Shown: positions 1-12,389 of the stretch, in pieces
Numbering within the stretch: position 1 is the stretch's first letter
Layout of the letters: each line of letters begins with the position of its first letter
Source: Eledone cirrhosa
Lineage: Eukaryota
DNA: 64,000 bases
Reading direction: 5' to 3'
Assembly (NCBI GenBank): GCA_964016885.1
Contig: OZ024748.1
Span: 49,414,001-49,478,000 of the forward strand
Notes under the pieces: generated by a model
The model's database searches: none
What the model was told of the DNA's origin: nothing
What the model saw: only the letters and a program-made list of their open reading frames with translations
Program-made: the position numbers and the translations under genes

Positions 1-824
1 AAGGGCGGTTTGGGCAGTTGGCCACACCATGCCCTGCTCATAGTGGGGTCATGTTTAGGCTGGGTTTTTACAGCTGCTGGATGCCCTTCCTACTGCCAAC
101 CATGTTTACAGTGTGGAACTAGGTGGTCCTGTTATGAGGAGGGGGTCTGGCCAGTTGGCTGCACCATAACCTGCTTGTAGCAGAATTGTGGAACTAGGTA
201 GTCCCATTATGAGGTAGGTCTGGCCAGTTGGTCATGTTGTACCCTGCTTATAGTGAGACCTTATATATATAATATATATATATACTGTATATGCTTGTGT
301 ATAAGACATCTTTGCCCTTGAAAATATGTGACTTATACACAGGTATAATGTTTCATCTACAGAGGAATGCTATAAAAGGCTGGTATCTTATCCAGTGAGG
401 AAGATATCTCAGAAAATCCTACTGCAGCCTCAGCTCAGAATATATGGTTCAAATATTAAGTTACTATCTTAATGAAATAATTAATCCCTGAAAATATTTC
501 ATTAAGTAATTGAAATAGAGTGTATTTCATTAAAAATATGATGACAGTAGGGTTAAAACACTAATTCCAGCATGGAAAAAAAAGCAAAAACAAAAAACTG
601 ACATAAAAAATGAAGACAATGTTGGTGATGGTGGTGGTGGTGATGATAGTGGAGGTGGTGGTGATGATGGTGGTAGTGATGGTGATGGTGGTGAGTGGTG
701 GTGGTGGTGATGGTGATAGTGGTGGTGAGTGGTGAGTGGTGGTGGTGGTAAGTGGTGGTGGTGGTGATGGTGATGATTATGATGGTCTTGTTTGTGAGTA
801 AATAAAATCATCAATTTCACTTAC

Positions 825-931
825 CTTAACACTTGAGAAAACATAGGTATCAAGCCTGGATGGGTCTTTGCCACCAAAATCTATCTCTTTTTCTTCATAC
901 ATTGACAAGTGAATGTGTTGGTAGGAATCTC
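825..931 (-). CDS. PIGN: PIGN coding exon 4 (gene continues beyond left edge)
   Basis: ggcag|GA GAT TCC... encodes GDSYQHIHLSMYEEKEIDFGGKDPSRLDTYVFSSVK, similar to human [20 protein letters not shown]. Donor AAG|gtaagt; 107 nt. Confidence 0.95.
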
Positions 932-1320
932 CTGCCAGGAAAGAAATGAAGGAAAAATATAACATTTCTAGAAAGTTATGACTACTTAACTCTTCCATTA
1001 CCATATTTCTAATGAAATACACTGCCTAGAGTTTTCAAACCATTTTGAAAATAATCAAGAATTTAGGAGGGATTTAGTAATATAACTAACTTTCTCATTA
1101 TTAAACTGCTGTCTGGAACATGACTTAACAAAGGTTCTTACATAAAACTATGATTGAAAGATTTTAGATAAATATAAACACTTTAAAGTTTAAAGTTTAA
1201 ACCTTTCATCACAATATTTCTAATGAAAGACATTGTCTATAATCTTCAAACCATTTTGAAAATAATCAAGAATTTGGAGGGGTTTAATAATATAACTAAT
1301 TTTCTCACTATTCAGAGTAG

Positions 1321-1620
1321 CGCCAAAGATCTCGGTCCTGTTACATTGTCTTGGAGAGGTGTAAGTGTATAAGGTCGGAATTTATCAAATCGTCCCAGGT
1401 TTTTCTGGGTCTACCTACTCCGTAACTTCCATCAATTTTGATCGCCCTGCACTTTTGTATACAACTGTCGTCTTTCATGTGCATCACGTGACCATACCAA
1501 CGTAGTCTTCTCTCGAGTAAACAGCATCTGATCCCTCTTATTCTTAATTTCTCACATAGTTTGTTTATGCTTTGCCGTTCGCGTATATTACTACTACACA
1601 TCCAACGGAGTATGCATGCT
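1321..1620 (-). mobile_element. RTE-clade LINE 3' fragment
   Basis: ERRLRWYGHVMHMKDDSCIQKC...GVGRPRKTW is the RTE C-terminal motif (LRWYGH, GRPRKTW). Confidence 0.85.
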
Positions 1621-1661
1621 TATATATATATATATTATATATATATATACATATATATATT

Positions 1662-1696
<35 letters not shown>

Positions 1697-1699
1697 ATA

Positions 1700-2070
1700 T
1701 GGAGGCACATGGCTTAGTGGTTAGAATGGAGGCACATGGCTTAGTGGTTAGAGCATTGGCCTTGCAATCGAAAGGTTGTGAGTTCAATTCTCAGACCGGG
1801 TGATGTGTTGTTTCCTTGAGCAAGACACTTTATTTCACATTGTTCCAGTTTACTCAGCTGTAGAAATGAGATGATAGGGACTGGGGTCCCCATCATTCCA
1901 CTGTAAAGTGGTCGTGGAGGTGCCACGGCAAAAAAGCACCCAGCACTCACTGTAAATGAGGTTGGTGTTAGGAAGGGCATCCAGCTGTAGAAATCAAGCC
2001 AGAATCAGTTCCCGTACCACACTTGCAAGCAGGGAAAAAGCGGACGTAAAATGAAATGATGATGATGAAA
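1700..2070 (+). mobile_element. tRNA-derived SINE family B with RTE-derived 3' tail; representative copy
   Basis: tggcttagtggttaga (A box), gagttcaattc (B box), tccttgagcaagacacttt core; 3' end matches the RTE tail. Related copies or parts at ~4350-4490, 17382-17700, 20185-20449(-), 20482-20770, 29756-30190, 32765-33023 and 35850-36176(-). Confidence 0.85.
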
Positions 2071-2209
2071 TGATATATATATAATATGTGTTTACATTTG
2101 CACCTGTAATTTAGTGATTTGCCAAAAACAGATCAATACCTATAAAGCAGTATCCCAGTGTAGTCACAGATCAATGATTGAAACATGTAAAAGACAACAA
2201 GAAGAATAC

Positions 2210-2308
2210 CTTTAGCAAATATTGGTAATATATCAGGACTTCCCCAACACCAGGTAGTCAGAGTTTCATTAAAGACAGAGTCAAATTCCACAGGGTTCTC
2301 TTTCCAAC
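2210..2308 (-). CDS. PIGN: PIGN coding exon 3
   Basis: ttttag|GT TGG AAA... encodes [33 protein letters not shown]. Donor G|gtattc; 99 nt. Confidence 0.97.
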
Positions 2309-2521
2309 CTAAAACAAAAAAAGGCAAAGAAAGTTTATTGAGGCAGACTAGGTTGTCTCATTTATATATATATACATAGATACATGTTTATATATATGTA
2401 TGTTTATATATATATATGTTTATATTTATATATATATATATATGTGTTTATATTTATATATCTGTTTACATATATATATATGTTTATATATACATATGTT
2501 TATATATATATGATGATGATG

Positions 2522-2553
<32 letters not shown>

Positions 2554-2987
2554 GTTTATATATATATATATATATATGTTTATATATGTATATATGTTTA
2601 TATATGTATATATGATTATATATATATATATATATATGTTTAAAAACAAATTCCTTATATATATATATATAAACAAGAAGTATGTTAGATATATGATTAT
2701 ATATATATATAACATACAAATGAGGATCAAATATTCTATAGTTCATCAAGAATTAATCAATCAAAGAAAATTTAAGTTTATAAAAATTATTTTTTAAATG
2801 TTTTTTTTTTTGTTTTCATTCAAATTGTTGTGGTAATAAATGACTTAAAGGGTTGGTGTCAGAAAGGGCATCTGGCTGTAAGACAAAACATTGTCTGAAA
2901 ACATTCTGTCCAATTCATACTAATGTGGAAAATTGGACATAATGATGATGGTGGTGGAAGAGAAATATGAAAACATGTAAAATTTAC

Positions 2988-3109
2988 CTTTTGCAATCGA
3001 ACTAACATCTTCATAAAATCCAGCAATAATGGCGACATGACCAGGACGGGACTCAGTTGGTACCCTGGTGTGGGAAACACCAAATGATCCATCTTTTTCT
3101 ATGATACTT
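2988..3109 (-). CDS. PIGN: PIGN coding exon 2
   Basis: ttccag|A AGT ATC ATA... encodes [40 protein letters not shown] (catalytic PTESRPGH motif). Donor G|gtaaat; 122 nt; phases fit the neighbouring exons. Confidence 0.97.
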
Positions 3110-4756
3110 CTGGAAGATTAAAAATGGGCAAAAAGTTGAGGTTTGAAAAAACAAAAAAAAAAACAATTTGGGAATTGAATTAGAACTTTTGCCATATTTG
3201 GACAACAGAAAATAATCTAATAACAGGGTATAATGGAATCAAACAGACATCAGCTTTGCATGGGGTAACAATAGATGCATTCAGGCCTGGCAGATGCTGA
3301 TACCCATTTTTTTCTGATATTGGGGCTTATATGCCATGCTATTAGACATCAAAATAATGGTGAAAGTTCTAATTAAATTCTCAAATGTTCAACTGCCATT
3401 ATATTCTGGTGGATTGGCAGTATCGGTAGAGGGTCGGACGCCATGCTTTGACACATAGAGTTACAGCCCTTGCCATTCTGAGTCAAATCCCGCCGAGGTT
3501 AACTTTGCCTTTCATCATTATGGGGTCGATAAAATAAAGTACCAGTAATACACTGGGTAATTGCTCGCCTTGTGCCAAAAGTAGAAACAATTATATTCTA
3601 AACAAACGTGCTCAGTTACAAAAAAAAAAAAAAAAAATTTCAAGAGAGGAGAGCAGTAACAATTGTGACAATTCAACACCTTTGACTGCTACTTTATTTT
3701 ATCAACTCCAAAAGAATGTGATGGTCAATTATTCAATTATTTGGACTCAGAGTCAGAACAGCTACTACAAAACATATTGTCCGACTCTGTAACAACTTTT
3801 CCAACTGGTTCACACATACACAATTCAAACACTGGTTCACACACACACACACACACATATGCGCGTACACGCACACACTCACACACATTTATATACAATT
3901 ATCTATATCTACATATAAAATATTGGAACTTCCATCATCCTTTTGAGAAACGCGAACCCGCTACTTCTATACAATGGCACACACTTTACAAGGGGATGAT
4001 GAGTCCTAGAGGACACATACAGAGAAATGCATTCCTGGAGGCAATCATCAAGGAGAAAATGCATTTATTCCCAAGATTCCTCTTATCCCTTCCTCTACCA
4101 AGCTGCCAATCAAATTCTCAAGACTTCAGTTCCCTGTTAGAGCCAATTTTACTATGGCCATACATAGAGCTTGGGCTCAGAGTTTCAAAGTTGTATCGTG
4201 GATATAAAACACATTCGCTTCCTACAGGTGTACACATTGGTTAACTACTGCAATTATCTACAACCAATACGCATCATCATCATCATTCACTCTTCTACTA
4301 CGGTAAGAACTTCAACTCACAATCACACATGAAAACATCCCGTTACAAAAGTGCATGGCTTAGTGGTTAGAGCATTGGGCTTACAATCATCAGGTTGTGA
4401 GTTCATTCATGGACAAGGCAGTGTGTTGTATCCTTGAATAAGACACTTTATTTTATGTTCCTCCAGTTTACTCAGCTGTAGAAATGAGTTGTACCAACTT
4501 CTTTGTACCAACCTTTTAGTCCCCTCTTATGACAAGGGATATTATGTACCTATTCTAAACTGGATGTACACTGAATTATTAAGTGCGTATTAAGCAAATA
4601 CATGGATAATAACATTTCTTCTCTGATGAATCATAAAACACTGTGGCCATGTTATCATCATCATCATCATCATCAAGAAGAAGAACAAATAAAATTACAT
4701 AATGGAACATGTATACATACATACTTGAATCAAGGAATAAGAAATGGAACACTGAC

Positions 4757-4980
4757 CTTAAATATGGGGCTCTTGATTTGCCATCTTGTAATTCAAAGAA
4801 CTTATCAGCTCGCAAACCATCAGCAACAAATAATACAAGGCGTTTAGCAGGAGGAGTGGTAGGACTAACATGTGGTGACATGCCATGAACCAATGGAGTT
4901 TTAAAGTAGATGTCGAATATGGAATAAAAGAGAATTACATGAACTGCTAGTCCGATACATAGTAACTTCCAGTTGACCAT
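4757..4980 (-). CDS. PIGN: PIGN (GPI ethanolamine phosphate transferase 1), coding exon 1
   Basis: ATG at 4980. Encodes [34 protein letters not shown]...[20 protein letters not shown]...SRAPYL(R), the PIGN/MCD4 N-terminus. Donor AG|gtcagt at 4756; 224 nt, phase 2. An acceptor at 5028-5029 implies an upstream 5'UTR exon. Confidence 0.97.
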
Positions 4981-5064
4981 ATTTTCAGCAGTTGACCACA
5001 GGTGACCACATCAATTGTTTTAGCAATCTAAAAATAAACAAGAAATAGAGGACAAAAAAAATCA

Positions 5065-5800
5065 ACTATCATCATCATCGTTTTTACGTCTGTTTTTCCA
5101 TGCTTGCATGGATTGGACAGGTTGTCTTCAGCACAGCATCTCTCCATTTGTCGCATTCCTTCATCATCTCCTCTGCAAGTTTCAGCAATTTGAGATTAAC
5201 TCTCACCATCTCTACCCAAGTCTTTCTTGGTCTACCTCTACTACGGCTCCCTCCACTGGGATTTCCTGGTACTTCTTCAGCAAGCGGTCATCATCATGCG
5301 CATCACATGTTCACACCAATGCAGTCTTCTCTCTTCCACATCAGATCCTCGTAAACCCAGTTTCTCCCCCAGATCATAAACATTCTGCCTTTCTCTCATA
5401 TTCACGTTGCATATCCAACGAAACATGGTTGCTTCATTTCTCTCTAGTCTACAAATGTCCTCTGTAGTCACTGCCCATATTTCACTACCAAGTAACATCA
5501 CATTTCACATATCCAACGAAACATGGTTGCTTCATTTCTCTCTAGTCTACAAATGTCCTCTGTAGTCACTGCCCATATTTCACTACCAAGTAACATCACA
5601 TTTCACATATCCAACGAAACATGGTTGCTTCATTTCTCTCTAGTCTACAAATGTCCTCTGTAGTCACTGCCCATATTTCACTACCATGTAACATCACATT
5701 TCACACATCCAACGAAACATGGTTGCTTCATTTCTCTCTAGTCTACAAATGTCCTCTGTAGTCACTGCCCATATTTCACTACTATGTAGCATCAACAATG
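5065..5800 (-). mobile_element. RTE-clade LINE 3' fragment with internal 4 x 98-bp tandem duplication
   Basis: GSEIWAVTTEDICRLERNEATMFRWIC...ERRLHWCEHVMRM; (GAT)n tail at ~5068-5080. The 98-bp unit recurs at 5411, 5509, 5607 and 5705. Confidence 0.85.
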
Positions 5801-6222
5801 ACAACAATAAATGTTCTGAGGTCATTTTCTTTGTTAAAGTAGGTCCTAGTCTTACGGGACCCCATGGCAGACTTTTCATGGGGTCCTTTTTGAGGCAATG
5901 TTTTACAGTTGGTTGCCCTAGTCTATTATATTATTGTCATATTTATATTAATGTATCATGAGGCATGGGGAGGAGGGGCTGCTCTAGAGGAGCATCCAAT
6001 GATCAAGCATGTGCATGTATGCATGTATATGTGGATGCATGTATGTATGCATGTGTATATGAATGAATGTATTTGTGTATATATGTATGTTGCAGTCGAT
6101 GAAAGAAGAACAAAGAAAATCTTGTGACACCCAATATTTTACGCCGCTAAACTATATTTTTGCTCCTAAGTTAACATGCCGGCATTTGGGAGAAATTCTG
6201 AAATACACCAAGATACACTTAC

Positions 6223-6731
6223 TTTTTAGTTTTTATCCGTGTTTAAATCATTTTCTCCGCTTGTTTACAATAGTTCGCTTCGAGACGACTTTTAATGAAT
6301 ATATTATATCTTTTTATTCAATGAATATATTTGAAACAATTCCTAATTGACCATAAATATTATCAAAACAAAACAATTTTAACGATGACAACAACAAAAT
6401 GACTTTTTCCATGTATATCTAAAATTACAGTGTTGTTTCGTATTATTAATTATCATCGATTGTAGCTAAGTTTATTTTATTTAAACATCACTTGAAGTAG
6501 TTTATAAATGATATAAAATAAACAATAAAAAACACTAACAACAACGTTTTCTTTGTTTTCTTTCTTTCAGATTTGGAAATTTTGTTATATTTCTTTCACT
6601 ACATGGTGATTGCTTTTGTTGACATGACAATAAGTGCTAGCTCTGTATGTTGGCCAGACAGCTGATGAATACGTGTTGAATTCGAACTTGTTGGAATCGA
6701 ATAGTCAATTAATACACACAACAACGACAAC
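6223..6731. promoter_or_regulatory. Putative shared (bidirectional) promoter / 5'UTR region of PIGN and CYBA
   Basis: Divergent genes. A minus-strand gtaagt donor at 6222-6217 is a candidate end of a PIGN non-coding exon. CYBA ATG at 6732. No obvious repeats in this interval. TSSs cannot be placed from sequence. Confidence 0.45.
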
Positions 6732-6789
6732 ATGGGCCAAATTGAATGGGCGATGTGGGCTAACGAACAAGCCATTGCAAGTTCATTAA
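6732..6789 (+). CDS. CYBA: CYBA (p22phox, cytochrome b-245 light chain) exon 1
   Basis: ATG GGC CAA ATT GAA TGG GCG ATG TGG GCT AAC GAA CAA GCC ATT GCA = MGQIEWAMWANEQAIASSL, the p22phox N-terminal signature. Donor A|gtaaat; 58 nt. Missed by the ORF track. Confidence 0.97.
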
Positions 6790-7409
6790 GTAAATATATA
6801 TATTTCTTTTATATACATATATACCTGTTATCATTTCAATTATATATCTCTTTATTGTGTTATAGCTACACCAACCGGATGTTTTCTCATAACTTTTAAA
6901 CATTTCTTTTATTGAATACTTTCGATAATATCAATCATTTTATACTGGAACGTAATGTCATTTCTACAACTAAGAATTGCCAGTTATCAGATAAATATAT
7001 ATGATTAAATAGAAGTACATCCATGTTATCAATTAATACATAAAATGTTTTATTACAGTTGTATAAATTTACAGTAGAATAACATTGCAAATATGTTTTA
7101 AGTATATACATAAGTAACATAACAAATGCATAAATAACATTTTTGCCTTTCATCCTTACAGGGTCGATAAAATAAAGTACCAGTAATGAACTGGGTAATT
7201 GCTGGCCTTGTGCCTAAAGTAGACACAAACATTATAAATTGCTCGCAATTCGTCCAGAAGGACAAATGTAATGTGTAAACCGTGTATAACACAATCATAT
7301 AAATTCATGAACAAAAATGATAAAGGAAGGGAAAAAAGTCGGGGTTGGCGCGGGTGAATTCACAACAAGGTGTGACAATCTGCCACACGTCACACCTTAC
7401 CGGTTAACT

Positions 7410-7520
7410 GCACACTTTCGGACAAGGCAAAACGTTCGCAGCATTACCACGTGTGATGGCGAGGCTAAGGCGCTGAAATAACCAGGCACCCTCACAGGCA
7501 TCACCTGACATCTCAGGCCC
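7410..7520 (-). mobile_element. CRE-clade retrotransposon 3' fragment
   Basis: EMSGDACEGAW / FQRLSLAITRGNAANVLPC. Confidence 0.68.
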
Positions 7521-7647
7521 TTTATGGTCTGAGTTCAAATCCCGCCGAGGTTAACTTTGCTTTTAACCCTTACGGGGTCGATAAAATAAAGAACCAGTAA
7601 TACATTGTGATAATTGCTGGCCTTGTGCCAGAAGTAGAAACCATTAT

Positions 7648-8285
7648 TCAGAGCGACGAAATCGTCCTGCATGCACTCGTCGAGTGTCCGACTATTTCTG
7701 ACCTGTGGGGTTATGTCGAGCACCTGCAGTCACGTATATGACGGATTCGACTATCAACTGAGTCCATTGTGAAGATCGCTCCGCCGCCTTCCTTTAGAGG
7801 GGAAGGACAGGCAGTTTTTATCTGTCTGGTGGACGCGTTTGAAAGGGTTGAAGACAGCCATCTTCCTCTTCGGCGAAACCCTGATTAACCTTTTCAGATT
7901 TCACTTGAAGAGGAAGATCAGGGTGGAGAGGGAAGTGCTGCCTTCCAACCAGTTTGTTGAAAAGTGGGTGAGTGTGACAAGTATGGGTCGTGTGAATAGG
8001 CCTGCCTTGAGCATACACCTGAAGGTTGGAGTAGAAAAACTAGGAGGGGGTACTTTGCCCTAGCGGACAGGGTGACCGTGGCTTTTGTGGGATTTCTCCA
8101 CGAGTGAACCATAAAGTCTCCTCACCTTTGGAGAATTTGTTGTTTGTTTAAAATGTTTATTTTCTTAGTCTCTGTTATAAATATTAGTTTACACCCCCCT
8201 CCCCCCGCCACTGTATCGTCCGTTACTGTCTTTAATGTTTCCTTAATGTATGCCCTGTGTGGCTAATAAAGAAGTTATTATTAGC
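7648..8285 (+). mobile_element. L1/Tx1-type LINE 3' end (5'-truncated)
   Basis: SDEIVLHALVECPTISDLWGYV resembles the L1/Tx1 C-terminal E..LH...C...W zinc motif, followed by ...FHLKRKIRVERE...FVEKW. AATAAA near 8265 and a (TTA)n tail. Confidence 0.7.
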
Positions 8286-8594
8286 GGTGGATTGTCAGAA
8301 TCGGTAGAGCGTCGAACAACATGCTTCGCAGCATAGAGTTACGACCCTTTACGTTCTGAGTTCAAATCTTGCCGAGGTTAGCTTTGCCTTTCATCCTTAC
8401 GGTTCGATAAATTAAAGTACCAGTCACACACTGGGGTCGATTTAATCGACTTTTCGCTCCCCCCAAAATCACTGGCCCTGTGCCTATAGTCGAAACAATT
8501 ATTATTTAGCAATTCATAATTGTGGAAAGGACACTGCGTTTTTATAGGAAAAAAACCCAAACATTGATGACATTTTCTAAAATACTGTGAATTT

Positions 8595-8790
8595 CATCCT
8601 GTGACATGATGCTGTAGGGAGCTGGGCCTCTGACAACCAGGTTTTTTGTCATTGTTGGCGGCTCTCCTTACTGAAGTATCAGACGACGTTAGTGAGGGTA
8701 CTTGGCTATCAAAACACCTTAGCCTCGCTATCACCAACGACAATGCCGTCAGTGATTTAGCTTGCCTCAAACGTTCCCTGTTGTGGCTTT
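8595..8790 (+). mobile_element. CRE-clade retrotransposon 3' fragment
   Basis: EVSDDVSEGTWLSKHLSLAITNDNAVSDLAC; shares ccttagcctcgcyatcac with the 7410 and 33215 copies. Confidence 0.6.
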
Positions 8791-9744
8791 CTTCATTATT
8801 TTTTTTATTTTTTCTGATTAATTTATATGAATTTCTTTCTTTTGTAAATCATATTCATTAAATAATTTGTGTTTATATGTCATCATTGTTTAACATCATT
8901 CTTTCCTGCTAGCGAGGGTTGAATGGGTCTTTACCAACCGAGTCAGTACTCAAGCAGATCCACTGACCTCTGAAACTGCATTTCAGTTACATATGTTCCC
9001 AAACGCTAGTGAGTGCATGTTTTGTACCTTCAGCATTTGACAGGTTGTCGACATTGTGGAAGAGTCCTCCCGATCCAGATCTGGGCTTTCTCCCTGAGGA
9101 CCTTTTCTAAAAAAAAATTTGGGTAAAAAAATTTTAAATAATTAGATTTGATTATTATTTATTAATCATTACAAAATTAAATTAGCTACAAAATGTTCCT
9201 TTTAACTAATTGATCTATTCTATTTGCTGCATTTAAAAAAATTAGGTCCCTGAGGATGTGTGGCCCTAAGTTATAGCTTATTTAGCTTATAGGTAAGTCC
9301 AGCACTGTCCAGACCCTTTTTTTAAAGCAAGTTGTCTTTGATATGATGTCCTTCTATAGTGTGTACTGACTGTACTTATCGTGTAGATCAACACTAGAGA
9401 GATTATGTCTTGTCTTTGATACAACTGAGGAGTCCTTCCTGCCCCTTGTTTGGCAAGCTTTCTACAGCTGGATGCCCTTCTTGTCACCAACTACTTTACA
9501 GTGTGTACTGTGTGTGTTTATATCTACAAGTTATTTTAAAAGCTAGAGATCAGACCAGAAAACTTTACATACAGGTATTTGTATATCTATCGATATATGG
9601 TATGTTTACGAATAAACATTTGAAAGCCTTTAGCTAGGAATTTTGGAAGCTGATGACTAGAGCCATCAGGTGAATTCCAGCAGGGGCAGGTAATCTGTTG
9701 ACGGTCGTCCGTTTCTAACTCTCGTCATTATCAAGACAATGCTC

Positions 9745-10440
9745 TCTTAACAGCGACTAGTTTTAAGGATAGATGGTAGAACCATCGCCACTCCTTTAAC
9801 TGGATTGAAAAGACACGGAGCACAGCCTTATCCAAGCTTATATGGAGGCTGAAGCAGAACAATACTCTCTGTCTTCGTACATGCTCACAGCAGCATTTCC
9901 ATATGTAAGTGGATCTCTTTTGCGGAGTTGCGATTTTTGCACCATGGAAACTATACACATTATTAATAGGAGACACTTATACTTGTATGCATATATCTAA
10001 AACTTTCCTATATAGTTAGCATATTCCTTAGACATTAACTTGTAGAGTTATACTTGCCTTTGTTTACTACTCTCAAGAATATGAATAGGACGCCAGAAAA
10101 TAAAATATATAAATAAGTAAATTTATTCAGACTAATTCTTTAACATATATGAAATGGAGCGACAGACCCCTTTGGTAATTTAATACTTTCGTCTACTAAC
10201 CATCCCAAGAATTTTAGCAAGGATATTTCCCACGCTCTACCTGCCTACAGAGACAGCCATGTACATCATATGTCTACTGTAATGGACTACTACCACCACG
10301 TAGCTAATTACCGTAGCATGTCAAAAATAAAACATTACAATTTTACACCTGTCTGATGAAAACACATCAAAGGTTTATTATGCAATCACTTTGACGTCTT
10401 TGAAATACGTACACGTATAATACGTTATACAATAAATAGA
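9745..10440 (+). mobile_element. Penelope-like element 3' remnant: GIY-YIG endonuclease C-terminal half plus pLTR with degenerate hammerhead
   Basis: LTATSFKDRW*NHRHSFNWIEKTRSTALSKLIWRLKQNN, then (frameshift) FPYVSGSLLRSCDFCTMETIHII, resembles PLE GIY-YIG (FK.R...H..SF......ST.LSK.IW.LK; PY......C..C..E). CTGATGA at 10353 and GAAA at 10402 with a stem between. Confidence 0.7.
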
Positions 10441-10889
10441 GAATATACATTTAAAACCATCTCTCTCTCTCTCTATATATATATAAAAACCCAACTACAT
10501 TTTTTTTTAAAACTTTGTCCTCTTTCTCCCCTCGGTTACTTACATGTGCCTTGTCCTGTCCCCCCCCCCTTCTATCGGTATGTTTTTTTTTGTTTCGTTC
10601 TCTCTCGTCGCTATCGCCTCTTTTTCGTCTTTTCTTTCAATCATAACTTTTTGATAATAAGTTATGGATAGATGTACTGTCTATAATGTGCTGAAACATC
10701 CGTCACCTGTAGTAGACAATCTACCACTGGGGTTGATTCTTCCTCTATATCTCTTTCTCATTACCATTTTTTTGTAGACTGATGAAGAGAAAATGTCTAT
10801 CTCTTGTTTGTGTTCCCTTAACTTTCAAATACTCGTTATCAGTAATCACACAGCCTCGTCCCTCTCAATCCATATATATATATATATAT

Positions 10890-11290
10890 ATCATCATCAT
10901 CATTTTACGTCCGCTTTTCCCTGCTTGCAAGGGTGGGACGGGTCTTATTCAGCACAGCATCTCTCCACTCGTCACGGTCCCTCGTCATCTCCTCTGTGAG
11001 CTTCAATGATCTGAGGTCTGTTCTCACCACCTCCGCCCATGTTTTTCGTGGTCTACCTCTACCACGTCTTCCTTCAACTGGCAATTCCTGGCACTTCTTC
11101 ACCCATCGGTCATCCTCCATGCGCATCACATGTCCATACCACCCCAGTCTCCTCTCCCGTACACTACATTCTATCCCTCTCAGACACAGTTTCTCTCTCA
11201 ACACATTTATGCTGGGTCGTTCACGCACATTTACACTGCACATCCAACGGAGCATGCTTGCCTCATTTCTCTCCAGCCGTCGCATATGCG
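10890..11290 (-). mobile_element. RTE-clade LINE 3' end with (GAT)n tail
   Basis: RRLERNEASMLRWMC...ERRLGWYGHVMRMEDDRWVKKC...GRGRPRKTWAEVV; ends cttgcaagcagggaaaagcggacgtaaaatgatgatg. Confidence 0.9.
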
Positions 11291-11321
11291 TCATTATACA
11301 TAACACACACATATATAATCA

Positions 11322-11458
<137 letters not shown>

Positions 11459-11469
11459 ATATACATATA

Positions 11470-11565
11470 CAGAGTCACAAAAAATGTATACACAATTCAA
11501 CAGCATTTTATTAAATGTTGCCTGTACAGGTAATCAAAGTGTATACATATTTTGGGAACATCCTG
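11470..11565. mobile_element. 96-bp Tc1/mariner-type MITE
   Basis: TA|CAGAGTCACAAAAAATGTATACAC ... GTGTATACATATTTTGGGAACATCCTG|TA. Confidence 0.65.
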
Positions 11566-12389
11566 TATATATATCATCATGTCCCTCTTCTCTCTCTCTC
11601 TCTCTCTGTAAAAGGTAAACAAATAACACAAACGTTCAGTATATGGAAGGAATGTATTAACTTAACGCTTGAAATAGCAGGAAGAGGGCTTTAATACTTG
11701 GTATGTTTGAAAGTATTGTTTAGTGTAGTATGATTTATTATTACTTTAGATAAAACTGACAGATAAAATATTTCTATTCCAAAGATTTGCTAAATGAGTC
11801 AACATTACTTTCGTAAAATTATTCCACCAGGAAAGTATTGTTTACAAACTGGGATCGGTTATTTAGTTTTTAGAAGCAATTATATAAGGAAGGATGTTCA
11901 GGTTTTCTTAAGGGGACACGATTTCTCATTGAATATATTGTTAAAAATTACTGATCCATCCCATTATTCAGTCATCCATTGTGTTTGTCATCATGTCTGT
12001 CTGACGTAGTCCTCCAGCATTCACCACAATAACCACCACCGTCATCCACTATGACCACCACCACCATTCGCCACTATAACCACCAACACCACCACCATCC
12101 ACCACTATCACCATTAACATCACCATCACAAACACCCACCACCATTCACCACTATCACCATCATCACCACCCACTACTATTACCACCACTATCACTGCCA
12201 CCACCACCACAACCATCTGGCCCCACCGCTACCATCACCAGGTTGGGGTAGGTATGTCCACATTTTGCTCAATGTATTCCATTTGTTAACCCCTTTACAG
12301 AGTGTACTGAATGCATTTTATCATGGCACCAGTAGTAGAGAGATTGTCTTCTAGACATGACAAGTGTATTCTCTACCTTCTTTGGCTTA

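Noticed and set aside
1729-1800. tRNA gene (also SINE heads at 20482, 37318 and others)
   Set aside because: A and B boxes are present, but no complete cloverleaf is evident and the sequence continues into SINE body and tail.
4579-4756. C-terminal part of ORF 4579-4980 as PIGN coding
   Set aside because: Read-through into the intron after the GT donor at 4756; homology resumes at 3109.
6655-6700. CTGATGA upstream of the CYBA ATG as a hammerhead or C/D snoRNA
   Set aside because: No GAAA core with compatible stems and no terminal stem; likely a chance match.
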